From the NCBI RefSeq assembly GCF_012571345.1, contig NZ_CP046218.1, forward strand, positions 444,546 through 449,907: a DNA stretch of 5,362 nucleotides, in the 5' to 3' direction. Numbering within the stretch: the first letter of the stretch is position 1; each line of letters starts with the position of its first letter. This document shows positions 1 through 5,362 of this stretch, piece by piece. The notes below the pieces were generated by a model that saw nothing but the letters and a program-made list of their open reading frames with translations, was not told the DNA's origin and did no database searches. Origin of the DNA: Candidatus Saccharimonadota bacterium (GTDB taxonomy: Bacteria; Pseudomonadota; Gammaproteobacteria; Enterobacterales; Enterobacteriaceae). Made by a program: the position numbers and the translations under genes.

Positions 1-824
1 GTTGGATATTATTATTTATTATTTTGCCTAATATTTTAATAATTATTATTAGTTTTATGCAAAAAGATTATGTTCACTTATTTAGAATGCCTTATACTGT
101 TAAAAATTATTTAAATCTTTTAAATTTTGTATATTTAAAAATTTTTTTACATTCTATGTATATATCATTAGTCACAACTATAATATGTTTAATTATTGGT
201 TATACTTTTGCATGGTATTTAGCACATATGTCTATTACAATGCAATCCTTAATGTTAACTTTATTATTTATACCATTTTGGATAAATTCGTTAACACGCA
301 TATATTCTTTAAAAATTTTTTTTAGTGTAAATGGTTGGTTTAATAAAATTTTAATTTATTTACATTTTATAAAATATCCTATACATATTATTTATACCCC
401 CATAGCAATAATTTTAGGTTCTATATATATATTATTGCCTTTTATGATTATGCCTATATATACTTGTTTAAAAAAAATAGATAAATCTTGTATAGAAGCT
501 GCAAAAGATCTTGGAGCATCACCATATAAAATATTTTTATATATTATTATACCATTAACTAGTCCAGGCATTATTGCTGGATGTTTACTAGTATTATTAC
601 CTTCGATTGGAATGTTTTCAATTGCAGACTTAATGGGTGGTTCAAAAAATTTATTAATAGGCAATATTATCAAAAATGAATTTTTAAATATTAGAAATTG
701 GCCATTTGGTGCCGCTCTTAGTAATATTATAACTATTATTACTGTAATATTTTTATTATTATATTGGAAATTAAAATATATATATAATAATCATACATAT
801 AAAGGTATAACTAATAATGTATAA
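1..824 (+). CDS. potB: Spermidine/putrescine ABC transporter permease subunit PotB. Partial: the 5' end lies upstream of the window, reading frame begins at nt 3.
   Basis: The translation is colinear with E. coli PotB as I recall it. Examples are LPNLMIIGTSFL vs PNILIIIISFM, FWTNSLIRIYGLKIF vs FWINSLTRIYSLKIF and NLLIGNVIKVQFLNIRDWPFGAA vs NLLIGNIIKNEFLNIRNWPFGAA. The ABC-permease EAA loop EAAKDLGASPYKIFLYIIIPL lies at 495..557. The TTG at 24 offered by the ORF track is not the start: the frame stays open back to nt 3 (W-I-L-L-F-I-I), and that stretch still aligns with PotB residues roughly 8-15. Only about 8-10 codons should therefore be missing. The stop is TAA at 822..824. Confidence 0.93.
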   Translation, partial: WILLFIILPNILIIIISFMQKDYVHLFRMPYTVKNYLNLLNFVYLKIFLHSMYISLVTTIICLIIGYTFAWYLAHMSITMQSLMLTLLFIPFWINSLTRIYSLKIFFSVNGWFNKILIYLHFIKYPIHIIYTPIAIILGSIYILLPFMIMPIYTCLKKIDKSCIEAAKDLGASPYKIFLYIIIPLTSPGIIAGCLLVLLPSIGMFSIADLMGGSKNLLIGNIIKNEFLNIRNWPFGAALSNIITIITVIFLLLYWKLKYIYNNHTYKGITNNV

Positions 825-1605
825 AGAAATTTTTAAAGATGTTTTTAAAAATCTTTTTTTATTTTTAGTTTATGTATGGTTATATATTCCTGTAATTATT
901 TTAGTAATAAATTCATTTAATAAATCTATTTTTGGTATAGAATGGCAAGGTTTTACCATTAAATGGTATGTTCTTTTTTTACATAATTATTTATTATTAC
1001 AAGTAACATATCATACAATATTATTAGGTATATGTTCCGCAACTATAACAATAATATTAGGATTATGCATAACATTATCTTTACAGTATTTACATGCTTA
1101 TATTAAATTATTTATTAATATATCTATGGTAACTATGATATTATCTCCAGATATCGTATTAGCTATATCATTATTATTATTATTTATGCTAATTCATTTC
1201 CCACTAGGTTTTTGGTCACTATTATGCGCTCACGTAACACTTTGTTTACCATATGTAGTTATTACTATGTGTGCTAGAATAAATAGTTTTGATGTATTAA
1301 TATTAGAAGCAGCAAAAGATTTAGGTGCAAATGATTTTATTATTTTAGTAAAAATAATATTACCATTAATTTTCCCGACTCTTATTTCTAGTTGGTTATT
1401 AAGTTTTTTATTATCTATAGATGATATTACAATATCTTCTTTTGTTAGCAATCCAGAATATGAAACTTTACCATTAAGAATTTATTCAATGGCTAAATTA
1501 GGCACTACTCCTGAAATTAATGTCTTAGCAACTATATTAATAGTAATTTCTATCATATTATTAATTATAAGTAAATTATGTTTAAAAAAATATTATAATT
1601 TTTAA
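817..1605 (+). CDS. potC: Spermidine/putrescine ABC transporter permease subunit PotC
   Basis: The product is 262 aa (E. coli PotC is about 264 aa). It is colinear with recalled E. coli PotC: YLYIPIIILIVNSFNSSRFGINWQGFTTKWY vs WLYIPVIILVINSFNKSIFGIEWQGFTIKWY, and MSPDIVMAISLLVLFML vs LSPDIVLAISLLLLFML. The EAA loop EAAKDLGANDFIILVKIILPL lies at 1306..1368. The ATG at 817 overlaps the potB stop (ATGTATAA, 817..824). A weak AAAGG lies at 801..805. The stop is TAA at 1603..1605. Confidence 0.95.
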   Translation: MYKEIFKDVFKNLFLFLVYVWLYIPVIILVINSFNKSIFGIEWQGFTIKWYVLFLHNYLLLQVTYHTILLGICSATITIILGLCITLSLQYLHAYIKLFINISMVTMILSPDIVLAISLLLLFMLIHFPLGFWSLLCAHVTLCLPYVVITMCARINSFDVLILEAAKDLGANDFIILVKIILPLIFPTLISSWLLSFLLSIDDITISSFVSNPEYETLPLRIYSMAKLGTTPEINVLATILIVISIILLIISKLCLKKYYNF

Positions 1606-1628
1606 TATAAATTCTTGTTTTAACATAA

Positions 1629-2447
1629 TTATTTTTGACAATATATACAAAAAAAACTACTCCTGTTTCTTTGCAAAATTTTTTGGATTATATTTTTTTG
1701 ACATTTACAACATAATTGTTTAGCTTTATTATAAATACACAGATATTGTGTAAATTTCCCGATATTTTGATTAGGTTGTTTATAATTACTAATAGTTGTA
1801 CCACCATATTTAATGGATTTCATTAATATTTTTTTGGTATAAATAACTACTAATTTAACCTCATTATAACACAAACTATTACTTTTCCTAAATGGTAATA
1901 TTTTAGAAAAAAATAATATTTCATTAGCATATATATTTCCTATACCAGTAACAATACTGTTTGTCATTAATAATACTTTAATTGGCATTTTACTATATTT
2001 TGTTTTTTGATATAAATAAAAAGCATTAAATTTATCATGTAATGGTTCTATACCTAATTTTTGTAAAAAATTATTCTGTATATAATATTGTGTTTCCCAT
2101 AACCAAAACCCAAATTTTCGTGGATCATTATAGCGCAATATCCAATTATTATTAATAATTAAATCAATATGATCATGTTTAGTAGGAGCAATAAGATTTG
2201 TTTTAAAAATTATTAAGTTTCCTGTCATTCCTAAATGAATTATAATGGTATTATATAACAATATTAAAATAATATATCTACCTTTTCGTTTGATATCTAT
2301 AATTTTTTGATTATTAATAGTACTAATTTCATCAGGAATATTATATCTTAACTTATTAGTTCTAACAATAGCAAAACTAATGATTGTATTTTGTAATTCT
2401 TTTTTTATTAATTGTTTAATAACTTCTACTTCTGGTAATTCAGGCAT
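1629..2447 (-). CDS. mutM: Formamidopyrimidine-DNA glycosylase (Fpg/MutM), a bifunctional 8-oxoguanine DNA glycosylase/AP lyase
   Basis: The product is 272 aa (E. coli Fpg is 269 aa). It has the diagnostic N-terminus MPELPEVE, with the catalytic Pro directly after Met and Glu3. The HLGMTG, KHDHIDL, LRYNDPRKFG and H2TH GIGNIYANEILF blocks are present. The C-terminal CxxC-x17-CxxC zinc finger CCKCQKNIIQKILQRNRSSFFCIYCQK lies at 1632..1712. The start is ATG at 2445..2447 (plus-strand cat) and the stop is TAA at 1629..1631. Confidence 0.95.
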   Translation of the reverse strand: MPELPEVEVIKQLIKKELQNTIISFAIVRTNKLRYNIPDEISTINNQKIIDIKRKGRYIILILLYNTIIIHLGMTGNLIIFKTNLIAPTKHDHIDLIINNNWILRYNDPRKFGFWLWETQYYIQNNFLQKLGIEPLHDKFNAFYLYQKTKYSKMPIKVLLMTNSIVTGIGNIYANEILFFSKILPFRKSNSLCYNEVKLVVIYTKKILMKSIKYGGTTISNYKQPNQNIGKFTQYLCIYNKAKQLCCKCQKNIIQKILQRNRSSFFCIYCQK

Positions 2448-2471
2448 TAATATTTACTCATAATATGATTT

Positions 2472-3842
2472 TTATTTACCAACACAAAAACTCGAAAAAA
2501 TATTATCTAATAAATTTTGTGATGTGAATTTTCCAATAATAGAATCTAATTCTATTTGTATTAATCTAAAATTTTCAGATAATAATGTTATATCTATATA
2601 TTTTTTTTTAGTAACAAACATTTGTTTACTTTGTTCGACAAGATTATATATATTATTAAATATATTGATATATCTTTGTTTAGATGTAAATTGGTTCTCA
2701 TTATTATTTTGATAAATAATATTATCTTTAATATACTTCATTAATAATGATATTCCTTGTTTGGTATGTACAGATAATGTGATATTAGTCCAACCATCTT
2801 TAACCTGAATATCAGCAATACTATTAGTAAGATCTATTTTGTTTCTTATAATAATAGCACATTTTTTATTTATATTTTTTTTTAAGGTATGTAAAAATTT
2901 CGATAACTGAATTTCCGTAATCATATCTTCTACAACTAAAAAAATATAGTTAGAATTATTAATTTCTTCAAAAGTTTTTTTAATGCCAATAGATTCAATA
3001 TAATCTTCTGTTTTTCTAATACCGGCTGTATCAACTAAATTAATTAAAACAGAATTAAAATTAATTTTTGTTGATAAAATATCTCTAGTAGTACCTGGTA
3101 TATTAGTAATAATAGATATATTTTTTTGTGCAAGTAAATTCATCAAACTAGATTTTCCAGAATTAGTTGGACCAATTAAAGTAATTTTTATACCTTCCTG
3201 TATTTGAAGATTACATAATAAATATTTTATTATTTGTTTAATTTTTATAGATAAATAATCAATTATTTTATAAATTTTTTCATATAATTGTTTTTCATTA
3301 TATTCCATAAATTCTATATTTGTTTCTAATATAGTTCTAATCTTAATTATATTATTATTAATTGGTTGTATTAATTTTAAGAATTTACCATTCATTAAAT
3401 TTGTAGCAGCAAAGATAGCCGCTTGAGATTCTGCTGCTATTAACGCAGCTACAGCTTCTGCTTCTAATAAATTAATTTTTTTATTTAAAAAAGCTCTTTC
3501 TGTAAATTCACCAGGATTAGCTATTCTAATACCTTTAATATTCATTATAATATCATGTATTAACATTTCTAATAAAATAATTCCACCATGACAATGCAAT
3601 TCTAATATATCTTCACCAGTAAAAGAATATGGTTTTGGAAACCATAATACTATACCTTTATCAACTATAGTATTTTGTAAATAAAAAGGTAAATAATATG
3701 CGTATCTTGGTTTCATGCTTGTAATATGTAAAATATATTTTATTACATAATATGATTGTTGTCCTGAAATACGTATTATTCCTATTCCTCCTTTCCCTAA
3801 AGGAGTAGCGCGTGCGATAATAGTATCGTTAAAAGTATTCAT
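2472..3842 (-). CDS. mnmE: tRNA uridine-5-carboxymethylaminomethyl(34) synthesis GTPase MnmE (TrmE/ThdF)
   Basis: The product is 456 aa (E. coli MnmE is 454 aa). The N-terminal block DTIIARATPLGKGGIGIIRISG matches [22 protein letters not shown]. G-domain motifs are G1 GPTNSGKS (3150..3173), G2 PGTTRD, G3 DTAG and G4 NKID. The diagnostic C-terminal C(I/V)GK tetrapeptide is CVGK at 2475..2486, directly before the TAA stop. The gene sits immediately downstream of yidC, as in the conserved rpmH-rnpA-yidC-mnmE arrangement. Confidence 0.97.
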   Translation of the reverse strand: MNTFNDTIIARATPLGKGGIGIIRISGQQSYYVIKYILHITSMKPRYAYYLPFYLQNTIVDKGIVLWFPKPYSFTGEDILELHCHGGIILLEMLIHDIIMNIKGIRIANPGEFTERAFLNKKINLLEAEAVAALIAAESQAAIFAATNLMNGKFLKLIQPINNNIIKIRTILETNIEFMEYNEKQLYEKIYKIIDYLSIKIKQIIKYLLCNLQIQEGIKITLIGPTNSGKSSLMNLLAQKNISIITNIPGTTRDILSTKINFNSVLINLVDTAGIRKTEDYIESIGIKKTFEEINNSNYIFLVVEDMITEIQLSKFLHTLKKNINKKCAIIIRNKIDLTNSIADIQVKDGWTNITLSVHTKQGISLLMKYIKDNIIYQNNNENQFTSKQRYINIFNNIYNLVEQSKQMFVTKKKYIDITLLSENFRLIQIELDSIIGKFTSQNLLDNIFSSFCVGK

Positions 3843-3848
3843 AATATT

Positions 3849-5362
3849 TTAATTTATTTTATTACGATAAATATAGTTTTGTTGTAATATAGTGATGAAA
3901 TTACTAATTATATAGTATAAAATTAAACCAGATGGAAACCATAAAAAGAAAATACCGAATACAAATGGCATAATATACGTTATATATTTTTGTGTTAAAT
4001 CAATATTTTGATTATGATTATTACTAGATATTTTTTGTATATAAAAAATTGTGATACTCATAATAATCGGTAGTATATATAATGGATCTTCTGCAGATAA
4101 GTCTTTTATCCATAATAAAAATGGCGCATGTCGTAACTCAATAGCATTAACCAACACATAATATAATGCTAAAAAAATTGGCATTTGTATTAAAAAAGGT
4201 AAAAATCCTGTTAATGGATTTAATTTTTCTTTTTGATATAATTTGATTAACTCTTTATTTAAAATCTTTTTATTATTTTTATATTGTATCTTTAATTTTT
4301 GTATTTTCGGTTGTAGTATACGTATACGCATAATATTCATATATTGTATTTTAGATAAAGGATATGTAATTATTCTCACAATACATGTAATTACTATGAT
4401 AGATAACCCCCAATTTTTTGTAAATATAAATATATAATTTAATAATATAAATAATGGGCGTGATAAAAACCATAAATAACCATAATCTATTGTTGTAAAA
4501 TTTAAAGGGACTATTGTTGTTATCTTTTGTGTGATTTTAGGACCTAACCATAATTTCGTAGATATACAGTGTATTTGTTTTGGTAAAATAATATTATAAA
4601 ATGTTACGGATCTAATACTGATTAGATCATGTTTAATTTTTTTAGTATATATAATACTATGTTGCTGAGTTGGCAATATCCAAACAGTCGCAAAATATTG
4701 CTGTATAATAGAAAACCAACCGCCATTATTAGTATATACATACATATTCTGTTTATTTAAAATTTTATTAAATAAATATTTTTGATATTTTATGTATGGG
4801 ATAGAATATATTATTCCTCTAAATGTTCTAGTAAAAAAATTCATATATTTTTGATTTAAAAATGGTAATAATTTAGATGGTGTTTGTTGTAGTTCATTTA
4901 ATATTTGTATATTGAAAGTATTGTTTGTATTATTAATAATTTGATGATCAATTTTAACTAAAAAACTATTTTTTTTAAAAATAAAAGTTTTTGTATATAC
5001 AATATTTTTATATACATAAAAGAATGGTACTTTTAATATATTATCTTTAGTTAATTGATAAAAAGATGATGATGTAAAAAATTTTACTTTTCCAAATAAT
5101 CGATCTGGAATATGTAATTGATTAGTTTTAATAATAAAACTATTAGCTGCATATATATAATTTTTTGTATTATCTAACAAGGTTAAATAATTCGAAGAAT
5201 GTAATGTATTTTTATAATTTAATAATTTTGCTGTTATAATATTAGCATTATTTAAATTTATATATAATAATAATTTATCAGTTTTAATAATAACATAATT
5301 GTTATTAATTAAATGTGATTTTTTTTTATATTCATAAATATTATTTATAATATGTTGTTTAT
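3849..5362 (-). CDS. yidC: Membrane protein insertase YidC (Oxa1 family). Partial: the 5' end lies beyond the right edge of the window.
   Basis: The C-terminal five-TM core is colinear with recalled E. coli YidC. Matches include WG(F/L)SII..T.IVR (conserved TM2 Arg), MRILQPKIQ, NPL.G..P.LIQMPIFLALYY, ELR.APF.LWI.DLSA.DP.YILPI and FFLWFPSGL(V/I)LYYI(V/I)SN. The TTG at 5178..5180 used by the ORF track is not the start. I translated the frame by hand from 5181 to 5362 and found no stop. That extension (..IIKTDKLLLYINLNNANIITAKLLNYKNTLHSSNYLTLLDNTKNYIYAANS) aligns with the periplasmic P1 domain ([29 protein letters not shown]...QLLETSPQFIYQAQS). About 504 of an expected roughly 540 codons are in the window. 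The stop is TAA at 3849..3851. Confidence 0.96.
   Translation of the reverse strand, partial: KQHIINNIYEYKKKSHLINNNYVIIKTDKLLLYINLNNANIITAKLLNYKNTLHSSNYLTLLDNTKNYIYAANSFIIKTNQLHIPDRLFGKVKFFTSSSFYQLTKDNILKVPFFYVYKNIVYTKTFIFKKNSFLVKIDHQIINNTNNTFNIQILNELQQTPSKLLPFLNQKYMNFFTRTFRGIIYSIPYIKYQKYLFNKILNKQNMYVYTNNGGWFSIIQQYFATVWILPTQQHSIIYTKKIKHDLISIRSVTFYNIILPKQIHCISTKLWLGPKITQKITTIVPLNFTTIDYGYLWFLSRPLFILLNYIFIFTKNWGLSIIVITCIVRIITYPLSKIQYMNIMRIRILQPKIQKLKIQYKNNKKILNKELIKLYQKEKLNPLTGFLPFLIQMPIFLALYYVLVNAIELRHAPFLLWIKDLSAEDPLYILPIIMSITIFYIQKISSNNHNQNIDLTQKYITYIMPFVFGIFFLWFPSGLILYYIISNFITILQQNYIYRNKIN

Noticed and set aside
24-26. TTG at 24 (potB) and TTG at 5178..5180 (yidC) as start codons, as implied by the ORF track
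   Set aside because: In both cases the frame remains open to the window edge, and the extra residues continue to align with the E. coli orthologues. These are internal Leu codons of genes truncated by the window, not true starts.
392-673. 93-aa antisense ORF inside potB, and its counterpart of 73 aa at 1230..1451 inside potC
   Set aside because: Both are shadow ORFs on the strand opposite well-supported genes. Their only shared feature, the peptide SFAAS (APRSFAAS / APKSFAAS), is simply the reverse-complement reading of the conserved EAAKDLGA permease motif at 495..518 and 1306..1329. Composition is low-complexity I/N/K typical of AT-rich antisense frames, and there is no start context.
495-1368. 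Similar roughly 24-nt DNA segments gaagctgcaaaagatcttggagca (495..518) and gaagcagcaaaagatttaggtgca (1306..1329) as a possible repeat
   Set aside because: These are the paralogous EAA motifs of the two homologous permease genes. They are not a mobile or regulatory repeat.
1591-1628. Possible bidirectional terminator between the convergent potC and mutM
   Set aside because: The best pairing I could find is a 5-bp all-A/T stem (ttata 1593..1597 with tataa 1606..1610). There is no G/C-containing stem and no stem-plus-T-tract architecture. This is indistinguishable from chance in AT-rich sequence.
2447-2461. Four-codon mini-ORF (ATG AGT AAA TAT TAA, minus strand) in the mnmE-mutM spacer, whose stop overlaps the mutM ATG as TAATG
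   Set aside because: It could in principle act as a coupling leader peptide. However, a 4-codon ATG..TAA ORF is expected by chance in A/T-rich spacer, has no SD, and cannot be evaluated without conservation data. It also cannot be an alternative mutM start, because Fpg requires Pro directly after the initiator Met.
2524-2712. 62-aa antisense ORF inside mnmE, and a 64-aa antisense ORF at 4243..4437 inside yidC
   Set aside because: They are fully nested opposite conserved coding sequence. They are short and Ile/Leu/Phe/Asn-rich as expected by chance in AT-rich DNA, where stops are avoided on one antisense frame. They have no recognisable motifs and no independent signals.
3403-3467. Locally GC-enriched patches (3403..3467 and 3781..3820) that stand out from the AT-rich background
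   Set aside because: Both are explained by constrained residues in MnmE. One is the Ala/Glu-rich helix EAEAVAALIAAESQAAIFAA. The other is the N-terminal ARATPLGKGGIGI block, whose Ala/Gly/Pro/Arg codons force G+C. They are not structured RNAs or foreign inserts.
1-5362. Alternative genetic code (TGA read as Trp), as in some extremely reduced symbionts
   Set aside because: Standard code 11 already yields orthologue-length proteins. Conserved Trp positions, such as FAW at about 207..215 and WQGF in potC, are TGG. All five stops are TAA at the positions expected from the orthologues.

Overview
This window looks like ordinary, densely packed housekeeping DNA from an extremely AT-rich genome (roughly one fifth G+C by eye). 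The source is most plausibly a reduced-genome gammaproteobacterial (Enterobacterales-derived) insect endosymbiont of the Wigglesworthia/Buchnera/Blochmannia kind. The exact taxon cannot be assigned without a database search. Five protein genes account for all but 53 nt of the window. On the + strand are potB (5'-truncated by the left edge) and potC, the two permease subunits of the spermidine/putrescine ABC importer, overlapping by 8 nt. On the - strand are yidC (5'-truncated by the right edge), mnmE and mutM/fpg, separated by 6 and 24 nt. The two blocks converge on a 23-nt spacer. Identifications rest on near-colinear similarity of the translations to my recollection of the E. coli orthologues and on diagnostic motifs. 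The standard code 11 fits: Trp is TGG and all five stops are TAA. I see no RNA genes, CRISPR arrays, mobile elements, long repeats, defence-type genes or unexplained ORFs, and there is physically no room for a hidden system. The points worth a second look are modest genome-reduction observations. potD is not downstream of potC. mutM sits in a non-canonical position fused to the yidC-mnmE cluster. An apparently intact 8-oxoG glycosylase persists in an extremely AT-biased genome, with Arg at the position I recall as Lys57. The coding regions carry slippage-prone A9/T9 tracts. Finally, the YidC C-terminal tail is shortened.
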